DNA of 64,000 nucleotides from the human T2T-CHM13v2.0 reference genome, Homo sapiens: NCBI RefSeq assembly GCF_009914755.1, contig NC_060938.1; one strand, 5' to 3'. Shown piece by piece: positions 13,491 to 28,718 of this stretch (position 1 is its first letter; each line of letters starts with the position of its first letter). The notes under the pieces were generated by a model. It saw only the letters and a program-made list of their open reading frames with translations, ran no database searches and was not told where the DNA came from. The position numbers and the translations under genes were made by a program.

Positions 13491-14863
13491 GCAGGAGAAG
13501 AAGGTGGAAGCCCAACTTGGCAGTGGTTTCCAATCCTTTCAAATAAGGAGAGTTGATGAAAATTGGAGGCAAGATTCTCTTTTCTCAATTTTCCTCCAGC
13601 ACTGGTATTCCACACTCCTCAACTGGGGTTATAATGATTCTTACAAAGAAAGATGTAACAAAAGCTTGTCAGACACTTATGATAGAGATTGTAATTAGCA
13701 GTCAGGGTATTTTCTAACTGTAACCTCAGTTGAACCACACAGGATCTCAATTCTGGGAAGCTTTTAAAAACTACAAGTGTGAGGCTCACTGCAAATTAAT
13801 TACATCACAACAGGGAGTGGCAGGGCAAACTTACAGCTTTAAAAAGAATGCCAGGTGATTTAAAGGTGTGGCCAGGTGGAGAACCATTGATGAAAAGGGG
13901 TAGACCTATTGTTAAGTTCCCCTTTTAAGTCAGGGAGGGAAGTGCTTGACCAGAGTGTTAACACTGGACCAGTGCCCCTTTGCTGCTGCCCACACAAAGT
14001 ATCCATCTGGTGGTTTCTCCACCTGGCTCCCTCCCTCACTGCTTTAGTCCACCTTGTGAGCAAACAAGGTTTTTCCTTCATGATGCTTTTCCTCCCCACT
14101 GCCCCATATATATTGGGCAGTTGACTTCTGCACAGGGAATAAAAAATAAGTTATTTACGAAAGTTGTCTATTCCATAAGATTATTCAAGATTGTCAAATT
14201 ATAACCAACTTTAATTTAAATTCAAGATTTCGAGACTTTTAGAAGTTTTTGGTGAATTTGGCCAAAACAGAAGAGTCTGGCTGTCCCATCTCTGTATCTT
14301 TCAGGATCCTCTTAATGATTTGGATAACATTCTGTTTTCCTTTTATGCCCATATAAGGAAGAATAATGACAAATTTTGTAAAATGGTGTGAATCAGGATC
14401 TGAAACAGATGTAAAAATAAAAATAGATAGTATAGTAGCCTGATATAGGGATGTAGGAGTGGTCTTATTATTATTATTATTTTTGGCTCCTTGAGATGGA
14501 GAGGAACATTTAGCCATGTGCTCATCTTATAGTTGTAAATAACCATCGTCAGCTTCCTCATACTTCATATTTAGTATGATTGATGAATTAAATATAGGCA
14601 GAGAAAGACATTTTTCAGGATAATGTAAAATCAGCATAATCTATAGTCTTCTTTCCTGGGGCATTTTGTTGCCTTCTTTAGCAATGAATTTTCTTTTACC
14701 TGTACCCAGAGTCTAGGTTCCATCACCTGCAGGTCTGTGCAGTGGCTTCCTTTTAGGCATGGCCTACTCAGATGAATCTTAAGTGAATCAAATATCTTGG
14801 AATAAAAAAAGAGTACATATTCCCCTCCTTTTCTTTTTCATTAGATGATTAAAAATAAATTCT

Positions 14864-15205
<342 letters not shown>

Positions 15206-16166
15206 TTAGAATTAAGTTTTCAATCCCCAATTGTTTTAGAATTAAGGATTGAATGCTCTTTAGAAAACTGATATCTTCTACATTCCCCAAGCCCTCCACT
15301 TTTATAGTTTTTTGTCCTGAAATAATAGGATACATAAAATGTCCCCTTTATACTTCTTTTGTCACCCGTCTCCACTGGGGCATATATAAAACAAAACCCA
15401 ACTGGAAAGGTGGTCCCTAGTGTGGAAGCACACTTGTGAGTAATCTAAGTTGCAAGGTATTTTCTCTTCTGATTTTAATATCTTAATTTGCATAGAATAT
15501 ACATTTCTCTCACTATGGGTTACATTATATTGCACTATGAAATTGCTGTTTTTGTAGGTGAGAAGTTTCATATGGTTCAACCTAATATATGATATTAAAC
15601 ATTTGAAAATTGAGGAACTGTGAAAGTTTATTTCAACATCAGGACAAGCCTTGATATATCTCATGGCAATGCATAGTCACTGGTTTTGGTTACTTGACTA
15701 AGGCACAAATAATTGAGAATTGATATTAATCTTATATTTTGCTTTAAAAATATATAGGCTTATAATAATTCAGATGGGCCCATCACCTGTTTGGTGTGTG
15801 CAAATTCCAAAAAACTCGGCTGAGAGATTACTGGTTTGAGAATATTTATTCATCCATTCAACATTATTCGTTGTGAAGCTATGTCATGCCACACATTGTG
15901 CTAAGTGCTGGAAATAAAATGGTGAAAAAGAGAGTTGTAGTCCCTACTCTCTTAGAAATTACATGCTTTTGGTGAAGACAGGGAAAAACAAAACCAAACG
16001 TAAAGAGGCAAATAAATAAAATAATTATAGATTGTTATAAACATGGTAAGGGCTTAAAAAAAGACTAATTGACAGGACAGGGAGATGTACTTTAGATAGG
16101 ACTGAGACCATCTTGCTCATTGCTGGGCAGAAAAACTGAAAATTCTGTAATGGCTATAGGGAGCTC

Positions 16167-16206
16167 TATTAGGGAGAGTTTTTCCAGAGAAACAGTACCA
16201 ACATTG

Positions 16207-16238
<32 letters not shown>

Positions 16239-16608
16239 GTTGTGTGTAGAGAGAGTTTAAGGAATTAGCTTACATGATCATGGAAGCTGGCAAGTGTTAA
16301 ATCTGCAAGTTGAGCTGATAGACTGGAGATCCAGGGAACAGCCAATTTTGCGCTTGCAGTCTGAAGACTGTCTGCTGCACAATTCCTTCTTGTTTGTGGG
16401 AGGTCAGTTTTTGTACCATTAAGGCCTTCAGTGAACTGGATGAGGCCCACCTACATTATGGAGGGCAATCTGCTTTGCATAGAGTACACTGATTTAATTA
16501 TTAATCTCATCTACAATAATATTCTCACAGAAACATCCAGACTAACATTTGACCAAATATCTGGGCACCATGGCTTAGCCACACTGATGCATAAAATTAA
16601 TCATCATA
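16167..16608 (-). mobile_element. MLT2 (ERVL) LTR with internal (TG)n at ~16205-16247
   Basis: ttccagagaaacag..., gaactggatgaggcccacctacattatggagggcaatctgcttt, tttgaccaaatatctgggcacc...cataaaattaatcatca. Confidence 0.75.
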
Positions 16609-17531
16609 GAATCTTACCTTTCATCTATCTGTATTTGTGTTTTTGTTTCCTTCAGTATATTATGGTGGGGAGGTTGGGAAAAGAAAATCTTCACTAAAAA
16701 AACTTATTATGGAAACGTTCAAACATACAAGAAAGTGGAGAGAAAATCATATAATGAACCCCATATATCTATCACACAGCTTCAACAATTATTAACAAAG
16801 ACAATTCATTTCCAAATGATACTCTCTCGTCTCCATTTTCTTGTTTCCCTGGCTCAGAGAACATTCCTTTAAAATCTCCATCCTGTACTGTTTGTTTTCT
16901 TGCAACTTAGACACGGGTTATTGTCCCCTGCTTGAGAATTTGACCCAGCAAATGAACATGTTACACAGCCAGCTGATTGCTGGAGATGGAGGCATTAGGT
17001 TCGAGGTTGGGAGGGAACTAGAAGTCATTTGACAGACCTGTGCACGTTTACAGTTGGAATATGAGCAGCCCTGCTTTCTGAGTTATTTACATAAGGGTGC
17101 ATGGTGAGTTTCCTTAGAAACAGATTCTTCTTGGGGCATTTGAGCTTCCTCTGTGATGCTAGGATGGTAATAAAAACAAATCTGAAGCTCTCTGTAAGTA
17201 TGAATTGCTGTGGAAATGTTTAACACCTAAGTTTGAGAGCTCCCTAAACATACATCACTATTTCAAAAGCTGCAGAAGATTTCCTTCATGCTTTTTCACT
17301 TTACCAATGACTGTGTAACATATGGGTATATATATATTTAACATATATAGCTCTGAGTCTTATTTTTAGTAGAAGCTCTGGAGCCATTCTATGTTTGAAA
17401 TAGTCATAGCATGGAATTTTATGACTGAGAATTCTAGGCAGCCCTCAGTAAACCTTGGTAGTCCACATAGAAACACTCAGTAAATGCTTTTTGCCTGGTT
17501 GATAGTTCTTCCTTCAGTCTTGCAGCATGGG

Positions 17532-17897
17532 TGTATTAGTCCGTTTTCACACTGTTGATAAAGATATACCTGAGACTGGGTAATTTATAAAGAAAAAGAA
17601 GTTTAATGGACTCAGAGTTCCATGTGACTGGGGAGGCCTCACAATCATGGTGGAAGGTGAAAGGCACGTCTTACATGGCAGCAGGCAAGATAGAGAGAAT
17701 GAGAGCCAAATGAAAGGGATTTCCCCTTATAAAACCATCATATCTCATGAGACTTATTCACTACCACAAGAACAGTATGGGGGAAACTGCCCCCAAGATT
17801 CAATTATCTCCCACCAGGTCCCTCCCATAACACGTGGGAATTATGGGAGCTACAGTTCAAGAAGAGATTTGGGTGGGGACATAGCCAAACCATATCA
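17532..17897 (-). mobile_element. THE1B-like solo LTR
   Basis: tgtattagtccgttttcacactgttgataaagatatacctgagactggg...gggtggggacatagccaaaccatatca; TSD atggg/gtggg. Confidence 0.9.
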
Positions 17898-18778
17898 GTG
17901 GGTCTCCAGGATGATCTCAGGCAGCATGAAATGCACATCTTCTTGCTGGAGACAGTAAAACTATCTCCCCCTACTTTATGGGAAGTTTTGAAGGATTTTT
18001 GACGTAGTGGAGATAAATATGTCATTTTCAATTATAGATGAGGCAATTTTTTGTAAGTTTAAAGCTTGTGTGCTTGTCTGCACATGCTAAAAACTGGCAT
18101 CATTAACAACAGCTCTTCTCTGGATGTCGTCTTCCAGAGAAATCTCTCTCCAAGATACATCCTGTCTGGAGGATACCACAGGTGGTAAAAGTTGCATTTA
18201 TCAGAGGACTATTGGGGTTTTGTGCTTCTCTTGTCAGCAAGATCCTAATATTTATTACACTTTAAAGAGATATATGCCTTAAATTAAAATCAGAATTAGT
18301 TGATAGGTGGGAAGCAAGGAAAAGAAATATTTGTGTTGTTTGAACAGAATGAATTAGTAGAGGTGACTGTTTCTGCATTGAAGTGGGTGTCTACGAGTTT
18401 ATATGCTTAACTAGCTATTTGAGTGATCAGTTTTAAACTAGTTTTTGGAGTAATAGGTTTAAAATTTCATTATTTTTCTTAGCCTGACAGATTAAAGTAA
18501 AAGAAAGAGCATGTCTGTGTTTATACACTTCCATTAAAAATATATGTGTTCCTCTAAAGCCTACTTAAGGAGCAAATACCTTATTCATAAAAGCTCTCAT
18601 AATAATGGCAAGCTTGTGTTATTTTGGGCACTTTGAGGTTTAATGAAAAGATGACAGGTATTATTTGAAGTGTGTGAATTTAGAAATTTGAAAAACATTT
18701 TGAATCTTATTTTCTTATAGTTTTTCTACTCTGGATCTCCTAAACAGTTCTTGATACTTTTGAACAAATAATTTCAGG

Positions 18779-19088
18779 TTTTTTTTGTTTCTGTTTTTGT
18801 TTTTAGAGATAGGATCTTTCTATATCATCCAGGCTGGAGTGCAGTGGTGTGATCATAGCTCACTGTGATCTCAACTTATTGGGCTCAAGCAATCCTTCAG
18901 CCTCAGTTTCCTAAGTAGCTTGGACTTCAGTTGCAAGCTACCACACCAAGTTAATTTTTCTATTTTTTCTAGAGATGGGGGGTCTCACTATGTTGCCTAG
19001 GCTGGTCTCGAATTCCTGGCCTCAAGGAGTCCTCCTACGTTGGCCACTCAAAGTCCAGGGTTAACAGGTGTGAGCTACTGCTCCTGGC
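18779..19088 (-). mobile_element. Alu (AluJ)
   Basis: T-rich tail followed by diverged antisense Alu dimer (gatcatagctcactg, gggctcaagcaatcct). Confidence 0.9.
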
Positions 19089-21682
19089 TTAATGTCAGCT
19101 TTATTGAATGAAATTGCTATGTGATTAAAAACTGCTTATCTTTTTTGTTTTTCCCCAGTAAGCATTGACTACAGAGTGGTAATTTATAGTTGCCACTCCA
19201 CAAAAGTGCAGAACATTTGATGGGAACAGGGTGATGAAGAGAACCTACTTTTAGGGCATAAACCCTTTGAATGTTTCTTTTCAAAATTATCTTGAAGCAA
19301 AATCCAAATCATAGCATTACAAGACATTACAGAAAGTATGGTGAAGCTTTCAATATTTTACCTTGACTGTTTAACAGAAAGGTTTTTTAAAGGTTTGCAT
19401 TTGATCTTCCCAAATGCCTCCACCCCTTCTGCCCCTAAACAATTAATGCCTATTAAAGCTATACTCAGTGCTTCTTTAGTCTATGTTGGAAAGATGTCAG
19501 AGTCCTTTTAAATTTTTATTTTTCCTATTGTTTGTTTTTGTGGTTGAAGACCTAACTGGTATTAATTTTAATAACATTTTAGGGCAAGAATTCCATTTAG
19601 AATTTCTCCAAAGAAGCTGAAATGAATCAAATGTGTATTTTATGTGGGACTGTGCTTAGAAATAGAAGCCAATGTGAAATGTCATTTTCCTATCACTTGG
19701 AAGATTTTCCTTTCCATTAGCTGCTCTATTGCAGGACTCATATTTATATTAAAATTCTTTTTGGAATGAAATTTTAGTATTTTGCTATCAGAAAGTAGAA
19801 TCTTATTCATTATGGGTGATGGTAGTAAATTTTAGTTGAATATAAACTGAGCTATGCTAACAGAAGACTGCAAGGTATTTGCTGTTCCTCAGTAAGTAAG
19901 ATTCCATGTCTTTTAGTGAGAAATTGGAAGGATTCAAGGAGAAAGAGAAGGAAAAAGCAACAGACAGGCATTGTTGGCTTAAAATAGAAATATAACTAGC
20001 ATTTTGGTTTAACTGAATAGATACAATCTGTATAACTATATATAATGCTATAAAATAGGTCACACATGTATGTAGAATTAGTTAAGAACATTTGGCTCCA
20101 CTATCATGCCTAGAAAACAGTGCTTCCCAGTTCTTATGTGAAATTCCCTGCCAGTAGAAAGGGAAATGTAAAAGGAGTGTTTTCAAATATTCTTTGATTG
20201 GGGTCACTTTGGCTCGGTAGACCTGAGAGACATCATGTACCACTCATGTAACCTACTTATGTTTGCAACCACAAAGATCCCATTAAGGCTGCTGTTTTTG
20301 ATGGGATCCCAAGAGGATCTGATTATTAATGTTTGCCAGACACAGAAGCATTGAGAATGTCATATTATTAGCATTACTATTCTAACAGCCCAGTCATCAA
20401 GGACCCTAGGAGACCTCATTTTGATAACCACTAATGAAGAAGATAAAATGTGTAGCAATAGTCACTTCAGTAATGAACAATTTTACTACCTGTTTAGTTT
20501 GAAGCTTGTGTAAACAAATGAGGAGAGAATATAAGGAAAATATCAAACAGTTGTTAGCACTGATTTAGATAGAGACTTTCAATTTATGAATGCTGATGTG
20601 TTCATTCACAGGAGGGGGCCAGTATAAATAAGAATGTGAGTCTGTGCCCTAGGATTTAGAAGAAACATTTGCAATGAATTAGTAATTTGTGGTGGAATGG
20701 TTTTCTGCCTATCAATAAAACTTTCATCAGATGAAAGATTTATATTTTCCTCATCCCAGAGTGGGGACCAGATTAAAACCTGTTGTGTAATTGTTGGTTG
20801 TAGGGTATCTTTCAGAGACAGACCAATTTCAGCAGTCTGCGCTCTTCATAGAAGTGAAACTGGGAAATAGAGATCCTTTTAAGACTCTGAAAAAGGTATG
20901 AAGATGATCTCCTGGAAAAACCTCATTCATTTGACATTTTGCAAATAGTTTAAAATTTATAAAAACTATCCCTAGATTTTTTAGGAGGTTGACCTCCTGA
21001 TTAAGCAGATCTAATTTATGGAGGCCAGTCTCAATTGAGTTCAAATTTATTTGATATAAATATTTCTTGAGTGACTTCTATGTGCTAGATATGGCTGCTA
21101 GATGCTACAATTTGTGATATGTCTATATCATAGTTATGTTTGAAACAAAATGAATTATATGTGTATTGGCTACCAACAGTAGTAACAAGTCCAATGGAGG
21201 TGGCTAAGGGGAGCTCCCCAAGATCCTGCTTTAGAATGTTATCTTCAGAGAACACTGACAACTTACCAAGTGTAATTCTATCATTTGCAGGTGAAAAAAT
21301 GGAAGTCCAGGATATTAAACATATTTTTTGAGTTCATAAATAGTACAGCGGTGGAACTGGCTCATGGTGCCTGATACCTATTTTAGTGTCATTCCACTGT
21401 CTCTCCTAATCTCTTAATGAAAAAAAAATAAAAGTAATTATAAGGTAAACAGACCCCTGATTATTATTGTTATTTATTAAGTTGTTTAACCAGCTAAACA
21501 ACTTTTTTTAATATAGAAAATACAGAAGTAAGCTTTAGCGTAGCTCCTATCAAAAGACTAATAAATGCCAAATTTATGATGTCTGAATTAATACAATTTA
21601 TAGACATTCTCATTCTGATGGAGAATACTGGATATTTTGTCTTGAAATGTAAAGGATTGAATATTATTATTAGAACAGGTAC

Positions 21683-21928
21683 TTTTTTATTTTTTATTTA
21701 AAAAATTTATATATATATATATTTTTATTATACTTTAAGTTCTAGGGTACATGTGCACAACATGCAGGTTTGTTACATATGTATACATGTGCCATGTTGG
21801 TGTGCTGCACCCATTAACTCGTCATTTACATTAGGTATATCTCCTAATGGTATTCCTGCCTCCTCCCCCCACCCCACAACAGGCCCCGGTGTGTGATGTT
21901 CCCCTTCTTGTGTCCAAGTGTTCTCATT
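21683..21928 (-). mobile_element. Young L1PA 3' end, 5'-truncated (~250 bp)
   Basis: tttattatactttaagttctagggtacatgtgcacaac...cccattaactcgtcatttacattagg; TSD agaacaggtac (21672-21682) / agaacagatac (21929-21939); tail contains (TA)n. Confidence 0.92.
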
Positions 21929-22119
21929 AGAACAGATACTTTCATAGATTTGAATGTGGGAAAAGTTATTGAGGCCCTAATTGAAAATCTAGTTTTTAAA
22001 ATATTAAATCATTTAAAATGATAAACATAAAAGACTGTAGAAACATGCAAAATGTGTTAAAATGTTAACTGAAAGAAGCAGTATGTAATATTTGTGTATG
22101 TGTATATATGTGGAGCTGT

Positions 22120-22850
22120 GTATTCAAATATTCAAAAATATTGATGGCCTATTCTATGGTAGTCAGTTACTCTGCTTGGTGCTGACAACATGGCAAAGAC
22201 AACAATTAACCTACTCTGTGATCTCATAGAAAGTCTTGTTTAGTGAGACAGATGGGTATTAAAAGAAATAATGTTATAGGTCATCAATAAGCTACAATTA
22301 TAGTAAGTGTTAATAAGAAATAAGGGGTGTTATGGGAGAATATTTCAGCGACATCATTTAGTGTGGATTATGGCGGGGGGAAAACATTCTGAAAAGTGAA
22401 GTGTAACCTGGGACCTGAAAGGAGATGGATGGGCACTGTCAGGGTCAGGGAGCCTGAAGGGAGAAGAGCTTTCTTAGCCTGTGAGAGGAGCCTGAGCAAC
22501 TAAAAGGAGGAGGTGAGATGCCCCAGCCTGGAGAGCAAATAGCACTTAAAGACAAGATGGAACCAACCAGGGATGGCCTTCTGAGTCTTGTGAATTTTGA
22601 ACTTTGCCATAAGTGCAATGGGAAGCCATTTTAAACACTGAATGACGTGATCAAATATGCACCTTAGAAAGATCATGAAGTTCATTTTGTGGAAATGAGG
22701 TAGGAGTGAATGCAGTGGGGTCATTTAAGAGACTGTTGAAGTGGTTCAGTTAGGAAATAATGGTGACTTGGACTCAAGTATTACCTGTTTAGGTGGCAGA
22801 AGGCCATAGAGTTTAGAGTTATTTAGATGAAAGAATGGGTAGGCCTTGGT
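22120..22850. mobile_element. L2 LINE fragment
   Basis: gcaatgggaagccattttaaac...gatcaaatatgcacctttagaaagatca...ggtgacttggact. Confidence 0.6.
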
Positions 22851-24543
22851 AAGCAATTCTAAAGGAGAAAGAGTTGTCAAAGGTAATTATTAGTTTCCTA
22901 TATAACCCGATGATAACTGTGCAAATTACAAGGAAAACGATAGAAGAAATGTGCAAAAATAATTGGAGTTGTGTTATGGTGGAGGGATTAGGAATGATTT
23001 TTTTCCTTTTTTTTTTTTTTTACCACATTTTTATAAGGCTGATATTACTTTTATAATTAGTATAAAAAACTTTAACAAACACTGAATGATTGCTGATATT
23101 TAGAATATTTTAAAATCTATCTCAAGAGGGTTACAGTGACCTTAGTTCCATCATTTTTGGCCTACTTTTGAGCCTAGTGCCTTTTCAAGTGATACAAATG
23201 ATGTTTCCATCTGTGCTTTGGGGACAAAAATCAGTAATCTGCTGTATCTTATAGTCTGGATGTAATTCCTATTGTGTCTGCATTTTGCCTTCTTCAATTT
23301 TATTACATTTCCTCCTAATTATATTGCTTCATACTGTGGATGTTATTTGAGATTTCAGAATCTCCTCTACTGGGGGCCAGTAGATGTGCGCCCATGGCCC
23401 TGGAGCACAGATGCCCTTTTGGAAAAGGTCTGTAGTGATTGCTTTAGATTGGATGACAATAAGATTCTTCCTCATTTTGGTTGGGGTTTTAAAAAGGCAA
23501 GTATAGTCTAATAGAATTCATTCTTTTTTCATAAAAATTTTATTATGTGTGTATCTGAAAATGGATTTCTGTGCGAGAGCAGTGATAGTCTCTTTAAAAA
23601 TATTGTGTCATTAAAGCCATGTTAAATAGTCCCCCTGGAGATGCTGAAGACCTTATGTGTTTATATAACCACTGAGTATTTGCGGAACATGTTTAAATCT
23701 CTGCCTTGGATAGAATAAATACTCACAAATACTCAATGGGCTTATGAAATTTAAGGAATACTTACAATGTGCTGTTGCTATAATGTTATAAACCTTGAGC
23801 AATGTACAACTTTTATTGAGCCAGTCCTAGTTTGTTTGAGATCATCATGCTCCAGAGCTATTTGTTGGGTAGAGTTTAAAAATATATTTAAATATAACCC
23901 TCACTTGACTTAAGCAGAAGTTTATAATTTTTTTAAACTTTATTACACTTATTTTCAAAAGTAACTGTGACATTTTACATTTTTTGAAGAGTTCCATTAG
24001 TGAAACAGGCAACTGTGTTGTACTAGAAACAGTGAGAATAAACTTCAGAGCCAGACAAAACTGGATTTGAACCCCACACTTGTCACTTACTAGGAAAATC
24101 ACTTTACCTTTTTTTATTTCTAGTTTCTTCACTATCTAATCGCATTTTTTTTTTAAAGATTTGGAGTAATGGTTAAAGTAAGAATTTGGAATTCAACAAA
24201 GGATTCCGTTCCTTTGTTGAAATACCAGATCCACCTGTATTACACATATAAACCTGGGGCAAGTCACCTACCCTTTCTGAGCCTCAGTTTTTTTCAACTG
24301 TAAAATGGGAAGGCCAATATCTTCCACAAAAGTTTTTATTCATATAAGTTGTCAAAAAGCATTATATACTATATAGTGTTTGGAAAATGCTTGATATAAT
24401 GATAGTACCATTTTTTCCGTGGTATTAGCTCATTAGGGAAAGATGATAGGAGTTTAATGTATTTTTACCTTTTGAAATATGATGAATTTGGGATTAATAT
24501 TGAATACCTGATGTTGAGTGCCTGTTAATACTGGGCTCTGTTA

Positions 24544-24911
<368 letters not shown>

Positions 24912-26591
24912 TTACTAGGATCTCATTCTCCTAGATGAGAACATTTAGATGCACTCAGCTAGTATGATTTGCCTTGTGCCATGGAGTAAGTGAGAAGCAG
25001 ATCCAAGACAGCCTTGTTTTGTATGATTCTAAAGCTATTAATATTTCTTTCCTTTGTATTGTCTCATTTTTCTGTGTCTAATGATGAAAGCATATTTTGA
25101 TTATAGGGCAGCTTCACATTTCATTTTATATTAACTGCCTCCCTGAAGTCCAGTGTAAAAAGGCCTGTTGGATTGCTCATGCCCCGGCAGTGACAATATG
25201 GCTGTACTGTATCCGTATTTTTGCCAGAAAGAGTCCTGAGTAGTCCCTTTTTATATTTGTTGAGATGCCAACGTTTAGAACACATTTTGGACAAATGCTG
25301 TAGAAGATATTTCATTTCAATGACACATATTCCAACCCACATAAGAAATTTGCTCTTAACGGAAAACACCTGTAGACTCCTTTGAATCATGTTAAAGATG
25401 AGTTGCAGCCTATTTTATAGTTCTTATTTTGACTCCATGCATTATTCATCTTCCTAAGCTTTCTTATTTATACCAGGTCTATGCAAAATGTCTTTCTCCA
25501 AAAGGCATGATAATTGTCATAAAAATAATTAGCTTTATGACTACTCTAGTAAGTCAATAAGAAATAACCAACGTTTTATAGGTGACACAAGAAAGTTAAC
25601 TGAAAGCTATGAGAAGACACTTGAAATAAACCCATGGTTCTTGACTTTTGCTTGTGACTAACCTATGAGTCTTGGTGAAGAATGAGAAGAGTATATTTTT
25701 CCAAGTGATTTCTCCTTCAAGAAATGATGAACATCAGCACACTTTAGTAGATGAACTTGTATACAATTTTGATTTGATGTTTGGTTACCTGGGGACCATA
25801 TTATTGGAAACATGTTCTTGTCTTTCAGAATGTGTCTGACTTTCTCCAGGAGTTAGTTGATAATCCTTTGAAAATCACACAGGCATACAGGCTTCTGCTT
25901 TAGCTTTCACCAAAATAACAGATTTTTAAAGCACAGCTTCTAGAATCTGGTATTTCTTCTTAGGTCGTAACTGTCCCCCAACCCTGCAAGCAACCCCATC
26001 AGATAGAAAATGGGGTTGGAAAGATTTAACTAACAACCCTTAAAGGACTATGAGCATTGTTATTCTGGGATGGAATACCTCTTCTCTGTTCACAGTTAGC
26101 TTTGGTGAGAACAATCAAAATATTTGATAAAACATATGGCTCAGGAATTTGACAGTTTTTCTTTCTACAGAAACACAACTCTTTAATATTTACTGCTTAG
26201 TCATTTCCTATGTACAAAATGATCTTAATTAAAATAGAATTCCAATTAAACCAAGATTTTAAAAAAGTAGCCTTTAAGAATATATTTATTTATGGCTTTT
26301 TAAAATCTTTATCAATTGCTACTAATTCTTTCTTAGATTGTCAGTTTATTCTGAGTACTTCAATACTTTGTAAATCTTCCCAGGTCATGTTTGTGATAGA
26401 AGCTTGTATGGTAAACACACACACACACATACACACACACCATCTTTTTTTGTTGTCTCATTTTATACTTCCATAGTGATGAGATATCATGAACCATTTC
26501 AATTGTAATAATGGGCCTTCTCAGATATGACAAGACCTTAAATGTATTTTTCCTTCTAATCCAGGGAACTGGACTTTTTTTCTGTTTTTCA

Positions 26592-26593
<2 letters not shown>

Positions 26594-26627
<34 letters not shown>
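26594..26627. repeat. (TG)17 microsatellite
   Basis: Uninterrupted TG run. Confidence 0.95.
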
Positions 26628-26633
<6 letters not shown>

Positions 26634-27209
26634 AAAACACCAGAAGCTACTTTGTCTTCTTGTTAGCTGTAAGAAAGCCACCAAAGAAGTAGGATACAGT
26701 ATATATCTGGCATTATTATCCTTGGTGTGCTCTACCAATCAAGTTGAAATTTACCTAAGCCCCAAAGATATCTCCATGGTTACCCTGCCAGTGCTGGGCC
26801 TCTTTGGCTTTAGGCTGATTTAGCATAAAATGAAAGATCTCTGGCGTTGCTAACTAGGTAGTTTTTCAGATTCTAGCTGTAGGTTTCATTTCTTTTTGAG
26901 TATTTTAGAATATAGCAACTGGACACTCTTTTATATAAAGACTGAGATTTGGCTTCTTTCCAATTATTCTGGGATCATCTCACAATGGTTATTGACAAAA
27001 AAGTACAGAACTATTCCATGAAAAGGCATCTTGCTTCTGGTTGTATCCGTCCTCAATATTACAATGTTCTGTGGCACACAATGGCAAATTCTTGGATTTA
27101 AGAGCAGAAAGGGTGTTAAAAGTCATCTAGTGCGTTAATGCCACTTTAGAGATGAATAAATAGAAAGGAATCAGGTTTACTTAGCTTTAAATGTTTTCAC
27201 TAATAACTT

Positions 27210-27600
27210 TGTTCGTTCATTCATTCATTCATTCATTCATTCATTCATGGAACATGGAGAGCCCCTGCCCTGTGTGGATTCTGGAGCTACAAAGTATAAG
27301 CACAGCCCTAGCACTTGTGGACTCCCAGTCCATTGGAAGAGGAAGACTGACAAATATCCATTATACCGAGGGAAACGTTATATCATAAAGGCACATTCAA
27401 AACACTCTGAGGCCACACCTTTGATTGTAGATGAAGAGTTGACAGAGGAAGCAATAAACATTTCCTCATAAAAAATGAGTATCGGGCAGTTTAGGGAGAG
27501 AAGTCATCCTGGGCAAAACAAACAGAAGTCAGGAAAGAGCACAGTCACTTTGGAAAATGCTTAGTGTGTCAGTGAGACTGGCACATAGGACTTTACAGCG
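27210..27600. mobile_element. L2 3' end with (TTCA)n tail (27210-27247)
   Basis: ttcattcattcattca followed by L2-like sequence. Confidence 0.55.
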
Positions 27601-28429
27601 AGGAGTGGTAAGGAAAGGCTGAGTTCTCATGGCGCGGCAGCATTATTGCGGACAGCTCAGACAGCTAGGTATTCAGTGAGGACAAAAGGCGGGAGCTCCG
27701 TGAGTTGCTGTTGTCCTGAAATTAGTTCCAAGCTGGTTGATAAATAGCCACCGATCTGAAGCCCCTTCCAGTGTCCTTTTGTACCTCTAGACCTCCTCAG
27801 ACCCAGTGATACAGCAATTAAAGTGTTTACACTTTGCAGGAAGCCTTTAGGATCCCCCCAGCACTAAGCCCAGTTGGATGGTGCTGATAATTATTATTAT
27901 TGTTTTTTTGAGCACTTCTCCTCTTGTATGCCACAGTACAGAATTTGAACTTTATCCTATAGGGTGGGGCTTGGAAATTCAAATGCATCCAGGGGTCGGG
28001 CAGGCTACATAGAAATGAGTGAAGCGAGTGGATTGTAAACAACAGGGAGAGGTGAAGATTATATAGAGTTGGAAACATTCAAATTAATTTTTAAAAAACG
28101 CTATATCAACAAACATAAATGAGTAGTGATTTTGACAGCACCAGTGCTCAAACTTTGCAGTTTAAGTAACAGGGAATCATAATGGCTTTTTTTCTTTAAA
28201 ACTAGGAGAATGATCAAAATTCATTTTTTACAAAATTTGCCATTTTGATGAACTGTCAATTTTTGTAAAAAATGAATTTTTTCATTTTCGTTTTGATGAA
28301 CAGAGATTATAGAAACCAAGGGGATATGAGGCCAAGAATATGAGCTGTACTAATTTGAAGATTTGGACAAGAAGATGCTGGCTCAAATTCAGAGATTTTG
28401 GGTTGCATATGAAAACAAAGTTTTCTACC

Positions 28430-28718
28430 AAACATCACATATGCTCACTCAAAAGTGGGAGTTGAACAGTGAGAACACATGGACACAGGAAGGGGAACAT
28501 CACACACCGGGGCCTGTGGGGGTGTGGGGGGCAAGGGGAGGGAGAGCATTAGGACAAATACCTAATGCATGTGGGGCTTAAAACCTAGATCCAGATTGAT
28601 GGGTGCAGCAAATCACCATGGCACATGTATACCTATGTAACAAACCTGCACGTCTGCACATGTATCCCAGAACTGAAATAAAAAAAATTAAAAAATTCAG
28701 AACAACAACAACAAAAAA
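28430..28718 (+). mobile_element. L1PA7/8-like 3' end
   Basis: gtgggagttgaacagtgagaacacatggacacagg...gcattaggacaaatacctaatgcatgtggggcttaaaacctaga...cacatgtatcccagaactgaaataaaa. Confidence 0.88.

Noticed and set aside
21479-21504. 10-bp inverted repeat aagttgttta/taaacaactt
   Set aside because: AT-rich and short; expected by chance in 64 kb.
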